From Candidatus Hadarchaeales archaeon (GTDB lineage: Archaea > Hadarchaeota > Hadarchaeia > Hadarchaeales > WYZ-LMO6): a DNA stretch of 64,000 nt. The position numbers and the translations under genes are program-made. The stretch is from positions 1 to 64,000 of the forward strand of contig JAWCKR010000002.1 in the NCBI GenBank assembly GCA_038851755.1, written 5' to 3'. Under the pieces are notes generated by a model. That model saw nothing but the letters and a program-made list of their open reading frames with translations, did no database searches and had not been told where the DNA came from. Position 1 is the stretch's first letter. Each line of letters begins with the position of its first letter. Below, piece after piece: positions 37,152-46,608 of this stretch.

Positions 37152-38186
37152 GTGGCGGAGCCCGACAAACTGATGACGGCCAAAGAGGCCGTTAAAAAGT
37201 TTGTGAGGGACGGTTGCAGCATCACGCTGGCCAACTTCGCCACTTCCGAACCCTTCGCCCTTGTTCACGAGGTGATAAGGCAGGGGAAGAAGGACCTCTA
37301 TCTCATCAAGTCCTCTGGCTTCATGGCCTCGGATCAGCTCCTCGCCGCCGGGTGCCTGAAGAGGATTTTGACCTCCTGGCACCTTCGCATGTCCCCCACC
37401 TCCTACTACTCCCCCATCGACAAGTTGCTGAAGGAGAAGAAGGTGGAAATAGAGGACTACAGCAACTGGACGGTGGCCGCCAGGCTCCTGGCGGGGGCCT
37501 GGGGCCTTCCCTTCTTCCCCGTGAAGGGGAACTCCCTCCTCTGCAGCGACATCTCGAGGATCAGGAGCTTCGAGGGGGAGAACAAGATGAAGGTGGTGGA
37601 GAACCCCTTCAACCCGAAGGAGAAGGTGGTCCTGGTTCCCGCCATCAACCCGGACGTGGCCCTCATCCATGCCCAGCGCGCCGACAAGAACGGCAACGTG
37701 CAGCTCTGGGGACCCCTGGGGGACACGGTGTATGCCGCCCTGGCGAGCAAGGTGATCATCGCCAGCGTGGAGGAAATCGTGGAGGAGGAAAACATAAGGA
37801 GGTCCCCCTTCCTCACCATTATCCCGGAGTTCAGGGTCAACGCGCTGGTGCACGAGGAGTGGGGGGCACATCCCATGGAGTGCCTTGGATACTACGACAT
37901 GGATGAACCCTTCCTGCTCATCTGGTACGCCCTGCTCACCAGGAAGATGATGGAGAGCTTCATGGATGAGTGGATTTTCGGGGTGGAGAATCGCACCGAG
38001 TACATAGAGCACTACGTGGAGAGGTTCGGGATTGAGAAGCTCAACAGCCTGAGGGCCAAGAAGTACCTTTCCGACACCGTGAACCTCGGGTCCACCTTTG
38101 AGGGAGACATGAAGAGGTGGGGGATAGACTGGGACCTCTTCGAGCAGCCCATCTCGGAGATGGTGGAGTGGGAGGTGGAGGAGTGA
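37152..38186 (+). CDS. CoA-transferase subunit A (glutaconate CoA-transferase-like)
   Basis: KLMTAKEAVKKFVRDG, ALVHEVIRQG, PDVALIHAQRADKNGN, WGAHP..GYYD. Confidence 0.88.
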   Translation: MAEPDKLMTAKEAVKKFVRDGCSITLANFATSEPFALVHEVIRQGKKDLYLIKSSGFMASDQLLAAGCLKRILTSWHLRMSPTSYYSPIDKLLKEKKVEIEDYSNWTVAARLLAGAWGLPFFPVKGNSLLCSDISRIRSFEGENKMKVVENPFNPKEKVVLVPAINPDVALIHAQRADKNGNVQLWGPLGDTVYAALASKVIIASVEEIVEEENIRRSPFLTIIPEFRVNALVHEEWGAHPMECLGYYDMDEPFLLIWYALLTRKMMESFMDEWIFGVENRTEYIEHYVERFGIEKLNSLRAKKYLSDTVNLGSTFEGDMKRWGIDWDLFEQPISEMVEWEVEE

Positions 38187-39139
38187 AGGTCAGGATCACC
38201 CCCCTGGAGATGCTCGCCTACTCCCTCGGTCGGGAGCTCAGGGACGGGGAGATAGCCTTTGTGGGGCAGGGACACCCCATCGTGGCGGCTTGCCTGGCAA
38301 AGAAGTTCTTCGCTCCACGTCTGAAGATTCTGATGGAGGGAGGGATCTATGGCTCCGAACCCTACCGTCCCCCCTGGCACATAGCGGACCTGACGGCCAC
38401 CAGGGGGTGCCTGATGCTCACGGATTTCGCCGGGGTCTTCCTGGCGACTCTGTCGAGGGGCTTCGTGGACGTAGGGATCCTGGGCTGCTCCCAGGTGGAC
38501 AAGTACGGAAACATCAACACCACCGTGGTGGGGGACTATTTCAACCCCGTTCTGAGGCTCCCGGGAAGCGGTGGAGCGCACGAGGTCGGTAGCTTCTCCA
38601 AAAGGCTCATCATCACCATGGCGGGGGGAAGGTTCGTGGAGAAGCTGGACTACGTGACCACCCCGGGCTGGCTGGAGGGCGGGGATTCCAGGGAGAGGGC
38701 GGGCCTGCCAGGTGGCCCTGCGGCCCTGATAACCAAAAAGGCGATTTTCAGGTTCCATCCCGAGACGAAGGAGATGTACCTGGACGCGAGGTATCCCTGG
38801 GTCTCGGTGGAGGAGATAAAGAAGGAGATCCCCTGGGAGCTGAAGCTGGCCGAGGACGGCGTGAAGGTGGCCCCCCTTCCCAGTCCCGAGGAGCTCAGGT
38901 TCATAAGGGAGTTCTCCCCCCTCACCGCCCTCAGGAGGGACTACTACATCGTGGAGAAGATCACGGAGAAGCACTGGATGCTGGAGGCCTCGGACGAGCC
39001 CCTCCTCACCAGGATAGTGGAGATAAGGGACGAGGAGAGAGAGGCCATAAGAAGAAGGATCGCGATGAAGAGGGAGGCAAGGGGAAGCTTCTTCAAGAAG
39101 GAGATAGAGAAGTGGAAGGGCGGTTCAGCGCAGGGGTAG
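38183..39139 (+). CDS. CoA-transferase subunit B (glutaconate CoA-transferase-like)
   Basis: ELRDGEIAFVG, MEGG (catalytic Glu position), QVDKYGNINTT, RLPGSGGA, FVEKLDYVTTPG. Confidence 0.88.
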   Translation: MKVRITPLEMLAYSLGRELRDGEIAFVGQGHPIVAACLAKKFFAPRLKILMEGGIYGSEPYRPPWHIADLTATRGCLMLTDFAGVFLATLSRGFVDVGILGCSQVDKYGNINTTVVGDYFNPVLRLPGSGGAHEVGSFSKRLIITMAGGRFVEKLDYVTTPGWLEGGDSRERAGLPGGPAALITKKAIFRFHPETKEMYLDARYPWVSVEEIKKEIPWELKLAEDGVKVAPLPSPEELRFIREFSPLTALRRDYYIVEKITEKHWMLEASDEPLLTRIVEIRDEEREAIRRRIAMKREARGSFFKKEIEKWKGGSAQG

Positions 39140-40990
39140 GAACTCCTCCAGTCCCAGCTCCCTCATCTTTTCCTCCTTGGGTATCCCCTTCTCGTCCCAT
39201 CCCACCATCCGGTAGTAGGCGTCGAGCATCTCCTCGAAGGTCTTCCTGTCCAGCACTTGTCCCTGGGAGAAACCGTCTGGCAAGGGTTCGGTGAAGAACC
39301 TCTCCGGCAGGGTGTCGTCCTTCCTCGTTATTCCCTCCCTCACGTTGAAAAACCTCTGAAGGGTCCAGATCCTCTCCCCTATCTGGTCCACCTCCTTCTC
39401 CTCGATCTCCCATCCGGTGACGGCGGAGAGGGCGGAGGCCATGAGGGAGGGTGTGAAAACTATGCCGGCGAAGAACTTGCAGAGCACGGCGGACTCCACC
39501 ACGGTATACCTGCGTTCAAGGGCCACCTCGGCCTTCACCTTCTCCAAGTCCAGGACCTGTGGGTCGAGCGGGGAGTCTAGCGGGTACATCCAGGTCATCG
39601 TCCCTATATCCAGATAGAGCATGCCGGTGGTGATGTGGCACCCACCCCTGTTGCCCAGCGCGTAGGTGAGGGCCATTCCCTTCATCCCCCTGGGCTCATA
39701 GCCGGCGTACTCGAGTCCTTTGGTTTGCATGGAGTACTTTTCTGACCCCCTTCCGAGCTTCCTGGCGGCCAGCCTGGTGCCCTCTGCCAGCAAATCCCCT
39801 ATTCCCCTCCTTTCCCCTATCCTCTTCACCAGCTCCACCAGGGTCTCCTTGTTCCCCCAGCTGAGGTCAAGTCCGTCAGCTTCCTCCTTCCTGAGCACCC
39901 CCTTCTCATAGCACTCCATGGCGAAGGAAATCGCCCGCCCGCAGCTTATCCCGTCCATCCCGTATTCGTTGACGAGCTGGTGGCAGACCGACACGGTTTC
40001 CAGATCGGAGTTCCCGCACCCTGCTCCGAAGGTGTTGACGTGCTCGTATTCCGGGCCCCAGACCACCATCCCCCGGTATGGACCAGCTTTCACCACCGAG
40101 ACCCTGCCGCAGGCTATCGGGCACCCGAAGCAACCCGCTTTCTTCACCAGGAGGGTCTTGGAGAGGGTGGGACCGGAGAGCTTCTCCCATTCCTCGAACC
40201 AGCCACTCTGAAAGTTCCTGGTGGGAAAGGCGGCGATGCCGCTGGTGAAGGAGGTCATGGCATCCGTGCCGTAGAGGTAGAGGGAGCGTACGAAGGGTTC
40301 GGACTTCCATACCTCGTACATCCGCTTCACCGCTTCCGAAACCTTCTCTGGGTCCGCTACCCTCACCCCCCCGTGTCCCCTCACGGCTATCGCCTTCAGC
40401 TTCTTGGAGCCCATCACCGCTCCCGCTCCGCACCTCCCCGCTGCCCTTCCTTCGTCGTTGATGATGGAAGCGAACCTTACCAGCCTCTCCCCGGCCGGTC
40501 CTATGCAGGCCACCCTCACCTCCTCGTCGCCCACTTCCTTCCTTATCCTCTTCTGCGTCTCGCTGGTGGTGGCACCCCACAGGTGTTGTGCTTTCCTCAC
40601 CTCCACCGAATCGTCGTCTATCCAGAGGTAGACGGGTGAGGGTGAGGCCCCCTCCACGATCAGGGCATCGTATCCTGCGAACTTCAGCTCGGGTCCCCAG
40701 TGACCGGCCGAGCTTGACCAGCCCAGGATGGAGGTGAGAGGTGACTTGAAGGTCACGACGTACCTCCCAGTCGGTATCCTGGTACCGGTGAGGGGACCCG
40801 TGCAGAAGAAGAGCTTGTTTGACTCGCCCAGGGGGTCCGCTCCGGTGGGGACCTCTTTCGTGAGGAGGTAGCTCCCCAACCCCACCCCTCCCAGGAACCT
40901 CCTGGCTAGCTCGGGGGGGAGATTTTCCTTCACGATTTTTCCCGTGGAGAGGTTCACCCTCAGCATCTTCCCCGTGTATCCGCCCTTCAT
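39125..40990 (-). CDS. aor: Tungsten-type aldehyde:ferredoxin oxidoreductase family protein
   Basis: MKGGYTGKMLRVNLS, KSPLT, IGPAGE, GRCGAGAVMGSKKLKA, CFGCPIACG, GPEYE, RGGCH, DDTLPERF. Confidence 0.93.
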   Translation of the reverse strand: MKGGYTGKMLRVNLSTGKIVKENLPPELARRFLGGVGLGSYLLTKEVPTGADPLGESNKLFFCTGPLTGTRIPTGRYVVTFKSPLTSILGWSSSAGHWGPELKFAGYDALIVEGASPSPVYLWIDDDSVEVRKAQHLWGATTSETQKRIRKEVGDEEVRVACIGPAGERLVRFASIINDEGRAAGRCGAGAVMGSKKLKAIAVRGHGGVRVADPEKVSEAVKRMYEVWKSEPFVRSLYLYGTDAMTSFTSGIAAFPTRNFQSGWFEEWEKLSGPTLSKTLLVKKAGCFGCPIACGRVSVVKAGPYRGMVVWGPEYEHVNTFGAGCGNSDLETVSVCHQLVNEYGMDGISCGRAISFAMECYEKGVLRKEEADGLDLSWGNKETLVELVKRIGERRGIGDLLAEGTRLAARKLGRGSEKYSMQTKGLEYAGYEPRGMKGMALTYALGNRGGCHITTGMLYLDIGTMTWMYPLDSPLDPQVLDLEKVKAEVALERRYTVVESAVLCKFFAGIVFTPSLMASALSAVTGWEIEEKEVDQIGERIWTLQRFFNVREGITRKDDTLPERFFTEPLPDGFSQGQVLDRKTFEEMLDAYYRMVGWDEKGIPKEEKMRELGLEEFLPLR

Positions 40991-41499
40991 CCTTTCACCT
41001 CCTTCAGGGCCTCGCTGGAAAGCATGAGCCCCGTCAACAACTTCTGGGCGGCGGAAATCCTGTTCTTCAAGCTCGTTGTCTCCGAGACCACCAGTTCCAG
41101 GGCCCCCGTGGGGCAGGCCTTTGCGCATTCCGGGTCTCCGTCACAGAGGTCGCAGATCCTGACCACGTTGGTCTCCTCGTCGAGCACGATGGCCCCGAAG
41201 GGGCACACGTTCAGGCACCAGGTGCATCCTATGCATTTCTGGGGGTCCACCTTTATCCTGTGCTTCTCGTCCATCTCCAGCGCCCCTTCCGGGCAGGAAC
41301 TGACGCAGGGCGGTTTGTCGCAGAACTGGCAGTTGAGGGGCAGGAAAAAGTAGGGTGGAACGAAGGTCACCCTTATCAGGGCCTTTTTGGGGTTGTACTC
41401 CTTCTTTTTGGCGTCCAGACAAGCGAGTTCACACGTTCTGCAGCCCGTGCACTTGTCCAGGTCCACCCTGAGGTATAGGCGCATTTTCCTTTTTTCCAT
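40987..41499 (-). CDS. Multi-[4Fe-4S] ferredoxin subunit coupled to the AOR gene
   Basis: CTGCRTCELAC, CQFCDKPPCVSSCP, CIGCTWCLNVCP, CDLCDGDPECAKACP. Confidence 0.92.
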   Translation of the reverse strand: MEKRKMRLYLRVDLDKCTGCRTCELACLDAKKKEYNPKKALIRVTFVPPYFFLPLNCQFCDKPPCVSSCPEGALEMDEKHRIKVDPQKCIGCTWCLNVCPFGAIVLDEETNVVRICDLCDGDPECAKACPTGALELVVSETTSLKNRISAAQKLLTGLMLSSEALKEVKG

Positions 41500-41506
41500 C
41501 CGAGGG

Positions 41507-43258
41507 TTAAAAACTTATCCCTCTTCCACCCTCGAGTTCAGAGAGGAATTCAGCGCCGGGCGTTTCCTTGAAGCTCCTCACCACCTCCTCCGGGCTTCCC
41601 TCCTTCACCAGCTTTCCGTCCAGCATGAGGAGGGCCCTGTGAGAGATCTCACGGACGAAGTCCAGATGGTGGCTCACCACGATCATGGTGAGTCCCGTCT
41701 CTTTGTTGAGGAGCTTCAGCACGTTGGTCACCCCCCGCAGGGTGAGGGGATCCAGGTCCCCGAAGGGTTCGTCCAGGAAGAGGAGGGAGGGGCGGAAGAG
41801 GAGCTCGAGGGCTATGGCGAGCCTTATCCTCTCCCCCCAGGAGAGTTCGAAGGTCTTTCTCTCCACGACCTCCTCCGGTAGCTGACAGAGCTTCAGCGTG
41901 GGCTTTATCACCTTCGAGACGGCTTCCCAGGGAGCCACGGGAAAGAGTTCCCTCACCAGGTTCTCCTCCAGCCCCAGCTCCCTGAGCCTGGCCTCCGCCT
42001 CCTTCTCTGGATAGTCCGTGAGCCTGTAGAGGGCATCCACCACCTCCTCCCTCAGCCCCAGCTCCCTAGCCTTAAGCCTGGCATGGGCGAGAGCCCTCTC
42101 CCCCTTCACCCCCATCCTGGACATGGCGAGTTCCTTCACCGTGGCGTGGTAGGGCAGGTCCAGCTCCTGGTGAATCCTCCCCATCCTCCTCCTCACCTCC
42201 ATCGACCTGTAGCTCAGCCTGGTGATGTCCACCGTCTTCCCTCCCATCCGGTACAGGACCTCCCCCTCGTCGGGGAGTTCCATGCCGGAGAGCAGCCTGA
42301 GCAGCACGGTCTTTCCCACACCGGAGGGTCCCACGATGGAGAGGATCTCTCCTTCCCTGACCTCGAAGCTCACTCCCTTCAGCTCGAAGGTCTCCCTGAG
42401 GATTTCGGCGTGGTATCTCTTCCTGAGGTTCCTCACCTTGAGGAGGATTCTGCGTTTGGGGCTGGAGAGGGGGAGGGGGGGTTCCAGCTGGGAGAGGAAG
42501 CGTGAGATCACCTCCCTGGGGGGCCCTATCGTGATCACCCTCTTTTCCAGCCACATCACCCTGTCGGAGAGAGCCAGCAGGAGGGAAGGGAGATGGGAGG
42601 CCACGAGGACCGAGACCCCCAGTTCTTCCCTGGTTCTCCTTATCTCGTCCACCGCCTGCTTCTTGGTGGCAGGGCAGGTCATGGTCACGGGCTCGTCCAG
42701 CAGAAGGAGGAGGGGTCTCTCCCCCAGGGCCAGCTGCCTGGCCAGCACCAGCCTCTGCTTCTCCCCCCCGCTGAGGGTGAAAGCCGGATGCTGGGCCTTC
42801 CGAGCCAACCCCACCTTCTCCAGGATCTCCCTGCCCTTTTCCTGGAGCCTCTCAAAATCCTCGGAGTCCTCGGGGGGGAGGGGGGCGGCCTCGTCCCCCG
42901 TTTCGAGCGCGTTGAGCCTCCTCATCACGTTCTCCAGCACGGTTCCTTCCCAGAGGCCGAAGGAGCGCTGGAGGTGGAGGGCGGTCAGCTCCCTCAGCTT
43001 CCTGAAGGTCTCGGGAGGGGAGGAGGGAGTAACGGTGATCTCCCCCATCCTTATCTCCCCTTTCTCGAAGGGTAGCGAGCCCCTGAGGACGCGGATGAGG
43101 GTGCTCTTTCCCCCCCCGCTCCTTCCTATGATGCCCAGGATCTCTCCCCTCCCCAGGTCGAAAGAGAGGTCCTCCAGAGCCTCCACCCTCCCCCCTCCCT
43201 CGAGCGGATAGCTCTTGTGCAGCCCCCTGACGCTGAGGAGGGTACCCTCGGGCTCCAT
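41507..43258 (-). CDS. AtwA-like twin ABC ATPase lacking the Zn motif
   Basis: GRSGGGKST, HLQRSFGLW, LSGGEKQR, DEP, GPSGVGKT, IHQE, LDEPFGDLDP, VSHH; no permease nearby; divergent from the mmp operon. Confidence 0.8.
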   Translation of the reverse strand: MEPEGTLLSVRGLHKSYPLEGGGRVEALEDLSFDLGRGEILGIIGRSGGGKSTLIRVLRGSLPFEKGEIRMGEITVTPSSPPETFRKLRELTALHLQRSFGLWEGTVLENVMRRLNALETGDEAAPLPPEDSEDFERLQEKGREILEKVGLARKAQHPAFTLSGGEKQRLVLARQLALGERPLLLLLDEPVTMTCPATKKQAVDEIRRTREELGVSVLVASHLPSLLLALSDRVMWLEKRVITIGPPREVISRFLSQLEPPLPLSSPKRRILLKVRNLRKRYHAEILRETFELKGVSFEVREGEILSIVGPSGVGKTVLLRLLSGMELPDEGEVLYRMGGKTVDITRLSYRSMEVRRRMGRIHQELDLPYHATVKELAMSRMGVKGERALAHARLKARELGLREEVVDALYRLTDYPEKEAEARLRELGLEENLVRELFPVAPWEAVSKVIKPTLKLCQLPEEVVERKTFELSWGERIRLAIALELLFRPSLLFLDEPFGDLDPLTLRGVTNVLKLLNKETGLTMIVVSHHLDFVREISHRALLMLDGKLVKEGSPEEVVRSFKETPGAEFLSELEGGRGISF

Positions 43259-43310
43259 CCTCTATTTAAACCCTCGATGGGACTAAAAGGGAAACTCCCC
43301 CATTCTGGTT

Positions 43311-44663
43311 GTGAAGACGGTTACTCTGGCTTCCCCTGAGGTCTACTCCTACGGGGCCATGCTCATCGGAGGGGTTCTGAGGGAGAAGGGTTACCGAGTC
43401 AGGTTAGTCCGAGGACTGGAAGGGCTGGAGGGAGAGCTGGTGGGCCTTAGCCTGACCTCCCTTTCCCATCTCCGCGGGGCGAGGAAGGTGGTTCCCCTCC
43501 TGAAAAGGAGAGGAGCCAGGGTGGTGGTGGGGGGGTCCATCACGCAGGTGCCCGAGCTGGTCCTGAGGTCCCTCCCGGAGGTGGATGCGGTGGTGGTGGG
43601 GGAGGGTGAGCGGTCGGCTCCCGAGCTCTTCGAGGTCCTACTCTCGGGAGGGGAGCTGGAGGAGGTGGAGGGACTGGCTTTCGTGAGGGAGGGAGAGGAG
43701 GTGAGGACCCCTCCGGGTACTCCCCCCGAGCTCTCGGGGAGGCCCCTCCCCGAGATACCACCGGACATCTGGACACAGGACATAAGGGGTGCCCAGGTGT
43801 ACCTGGAGACCCACAGGGGATGTCTTGGCGGTTGCGGTTTCTGCCAGGTTCCATGCTTCTTCGGCCGCAGGGTGAGGTCAAGGCCGCTGGAGGAGATCGT
43901 GGGGGAGGTGAAGGCCTTCAGGGAGAAGGGAGTGCGAAGGATTTCCCTCTTCGGGGGCACCTCCACCCAGTACGGCAGGGGGAGGGAGGAAAGGGGGAGC
44001 TTCGTGGAACTCCTGGAGAGGGTGGGCGGGCTGGTGGGGCCGAAGAACCTCTCCGTTCCCGACCTGAGGGTGGACGAGGTGAATAAGGAGGTGCTGGAGG
44101 CCCTGAAGAGGTACACCATAGGCTTCGTGCTCTTTGGCATAGAATCGGGAAGCGAGCGGATGCTCAAGAAAATGAGGAAGGGGATCACGGTGGAGAAGAT
44201 ACGGGAGGGGGTGGAGAGCGCCAGAGAGAAGGGGCTGGAGGTGGGTGGGGCCTTCATCGTGGGCTACCCGGGTGAGACGGACGAGGACTACAGGGAGACC
44301 AGGGAGATGGTGGAGGAGCTGATGCTGGACGAATACACCATCAGCCTGGCCGACCCCCTGCCCGGAACCCCGCTGGCGGAGGAGGTGTGCAGGCTGCCGG
44401 AGGAGGAGAATCCGGTGTTCAGGAGGGAGGAGGGGAAGTGGAGGAACCTGGGCCTCACGGTGGCCGAGGCCAGGGCCCTGGACCTCATGCTCACCGCCTC
44501 CTGCGCCCGTTCCAGACCCCTTCCCCTCACGGACGAGTTCTACCGGAGGCTGGTGGAGGAGGTGAGGAGGCAGGGGGAGGAGATAAGGACCAACACCAGG
44601 GAGCTGAAGAGGCTCCTCGGGAACCCTGGAACCGTTTTTAGGGAAGAAAGGGGAAAGGGATGA
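43311..44663 (+). CDS. B12-binding radical SAM enzyme, MCR glutamine C-methyltransferase (MJ0865-like) family
   Basis: N-terminal SPEVYSYGAMLIGG, GEGE, DIRGAQVYLETHRGCLGGCGFCQVP (CxxxCxxC), GIESGS. Confidence 0.8.
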   Translation: MKTVTLASPEVYSYGAMLIGGVLREKGYRVRLVRGLEGLEGELVGLSLTSLSHLRGARKVVPLLKRRGARVVVGGSITQVPELVLRSLPEVDAVVVGEGERSAPELFEVLLSGGELEEVEGLAFVREGEEVRTPPGTPPELSGRPLPEIPPDIWTQDIRGAQVYLETHRGCLGGCGFCQVPCFFGRRVRSRPLEEIVGEVKAFREKGVRRISLFGGTSTQYGRGREERGSFVELLERVGGLVGPKNLSVPDLRVDEVNKEVLEALKRYTIGFVLFGIESGSERMLKKMRKGITVEKIREGVESAREKGLEVGGAFIVGYPGETDEDYRETREMVEELMLDEYTISLADPLPGTPLAEEVCRLPEEENPVFRREEGKWRNLGLTVAEARALDLMLTASCARSRPLPLTDEFYRRLVEEVRRQGEEIRTNTRELKRLLGNPGTVFREERGKG

Positions 44664-46183
44664 TGGTCAGGGTCTTCATAAACGGGGAGGGGAAGGAGGT
44701 CCCCCCCAAACTCTCGGTTCTGAAGGCCCTGGAGCTCTCGGGGGCTCCCTACCGCGGGGACTGCAAGGTTCTGATAAGGAAGAGGGTGGAGGAGCGGGAG
44801 GAGCCAAGGGAGTACGTGCTGGAGACCAACAGGGGAGCCATCACCGTGGGGATAGAGGAGGGGGCCCTTGCCTGGTGGAGGGAGCGCTTCCCCCTCTTCT
44901 CCGGGAAAGGGATGTGGTGGGAGACCAACCATGCCGTGGTCTTCGGTCCCGTCGACCTGAGGGGAGCCGGAGTGAAGCCCAGCAGGGTGAAGAAAAGGTT
45001 CGAGGAGGGGGAGGTCTTCTTGGGGTTTGGGGGCTTCGACCTCTCCCAGGCCTTTCTGGGCTTCAGCAGGAGGAGTCACGAAGGTCTCTACGGAGTGCCC
45101 GAGGAAGTTCCTTCTCTCGGCAGGGTGGTGAGGGGTGGCCACCTCCTCGGTAGAGTGGGGAGGGGCGACCTGCTGTTGAGGGTGTACCCGCGGACGAAGG
45201 AGAGATGGGAGCCGGTGCAGGGGAACCCGGCGAGGGTGGAGGTGGAGGAGGGAATGGAGATTTTCACTTACCTGAAGGTGGTGCTCCTTCCCGAGGCCAA
45301 GGTTGGGGCCGAGCACCTTCTGGGGCTGAGTAAGGAGGGGGTCTGGAGGGTGAGCCAGACGGGCTCCGCCTTCCTCTCGGTGGAGGGCCTCCCCGTGGAT
45401 ACCCTGCCTCCCGAGAACACGACCATGAGGTTCAGGGGAACGGTAACGGTGAGGAACTCGGGTAAAAGGGTGGGCTCTCTCTACCTCTATCGCAAGGACT
45501 CCCCTCCCTCACCCCATCACAGCGTGGTGGGGAGAGTGGAGGTGGGCACGGAGATGCTTGACCATTCAGTCAAGGGTGACAGGTTCCTCGTCATGACAGT
45601 CCCCAAGAGAATGGTGGTGGTGGGGATGACGCAGGGGGAGGCCTCACGCTTCCTGCGGGAGGAGGGAGTGAGGCACCTGAGGGTGGGGGACGAGAGGGAC
45701 GAGGCCGTGATCATAGAGCAGAGACCGGAACTGACGCTGGAGGTCAAGGAGGAGGGGATGGTGGCGACCTTGGGGGTGGACCCCGGTGCGGTAATTCGCG
45801 TGAAGCTCTGGGAGGAAAAAGCACCTAAAAGCGTGGCCCACTTCAGGACGGTGGCGGAGATGGTCACCTCACGCGTGGGGAAGCTGAGCGTCATCGCCCT
45901 CACGGACGAGGTTCTCCTCCTGTCGAGCGTCAGGGGCAAGACCTTCAAGACCCTTCCCGCGGAGAACGTGCCGGAGGCGGAGGTGGGGGAGGGGACGCTG
46001 GGCGTTACCAATTCCTTCCGCAGGCTCACAGGCCTGCTCGGGGTGAGGCTGAAGCCCAGCAAGGTCTTCGGCCCCACCGGAGAGGCTTTAGAGGCCACCA
46101 ACCTCATAGGAGAGGTGATCGGGAGCTTGGAGAACCTGAAAAACAGGGAAGTGGGTGATGTGATATACGTGATGGAGGAGTGA
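44660..46183 (+). CDS. mmp3: Methanogenesis marker protein 3
   Basis: Cyclophilin-like repeats, GTVTVRNSG, SPHHSVVGRV, APKSVAHFR, GVTN, FGPTGE..TNLIG. Confidence 0.88.
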   Translation: MMVRVFINGEGKEVPPKLSVLKALELSGAPYRGDCKVLIRKRVEEREEPREYVLETNRGAITVGIEEGALAWWRERFPLFSGKGMWWETNHAVVFGPVDLRGAGVKPSRVKKRFEEGEVFLGFGGFDLSQAFLGFSRRSHEGLYGVPEEVPSLGRVVRGGHLLGRVGRGDLLLRVYPRTKERWEPVQGNPARVEVEEGMEIFTYLKVVLLPEAKVGAEHLLGLSKEGVWRVSQTGSAFLSVEGLPVDTLPPENTTMRFRGTVTVRNSGKRVGSLYLYRKDSPPSPHHSVVGRVEVGTEMLDHSVKGDRFLVMTVPKRMVVVGMTQGEASRFLREEGVRHLRVGDERDEAVIIEQRPELTLEVKEEGMVATLGVDPGAVIRVKLWEEKAPKSVAHFRTVAEMVTSRVGKLSVIALTDEVLLLSSVRGKTFKTLPAENVPEAEVGEGTLGVTNSFRRLTGLLGVRLKPSKVFGPTGEALEATNLIGEVIGSLENLKNREVGDVIYVMEE

Positions 46184-46608
46184 AGAAGGAAGGGCGCATC
46201 CTCGTGATCTCACCGGGCTCGGAGCTCACTCCCGAGGCCCTCTGCCGGTACCTGGTGGAGCGGGGGGTGAGGGCCAGGATCAAGGAAACGTGCTTCGGGG
46301 TGGTGCTGGAGGGAGAAGAGGAGGCGTTGCGTGAGGCCGTGAGGAGTGCCAGGGAGCTGGACCGATACGGTGTCTTCTCGAAGCCCAGGGGTTATCCCCC
46401 TGGGGATCCCAGGATATGCAGGGCCCACCGGGGAGGGAGCCCCAGGATGGGCTTTCACTTCCTGGACTACGAGCTCGAAAAGCTTCCCCTGATAGGTGAG
46501 GCCCTGAAGGACCTGGAGGAGGGGAGGGAAGCGGGGTTGAAGAGGGAGGAAAGGAGGAAACTCCCCGTGGGGGAACTCAAGCGGGTGCTGGCGGAGGAGG
46601 TACCTTGA
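46180..46608 (+). CDS. mmp6: Methanogenesis marker protein 6
   Basis: IKETCFG, RGYPPGDPRICRA..GGSPRMGFH. Confidence 0.9.
   Translation: MKKEGRILVISPGSELTPEALCRYLVERGVRARIKETCFGVVLEGEEEALREAVRSARELDRYGVFSKPRGYPPGDPRICRAHRGGSPRMGFHFLDYELEKLPLIGEALKDLEEGREAGLKREERRKLPVGELKRVLAEEVP

Noticed and set aside
35577-38012. Long antisense or alternate-frame ORFs (e.g. 811 aa here, 53302-54852, 48205-49629, 1148-2530)
   Set aside because: They are shadow frames of well-supported genes in high-GC DNA, with biased His/Pro/Gly/Arg composition and no motifs.
43311-44663. Mmp10 (MCR arginine methyltransferase)
   Set aside because: The layout (N-terminal B12 domain, central CxxxCxxC) fits the MJ0865-type Gln methyltransferase; Mmp10 has its rSAM motif near the N-terminus.
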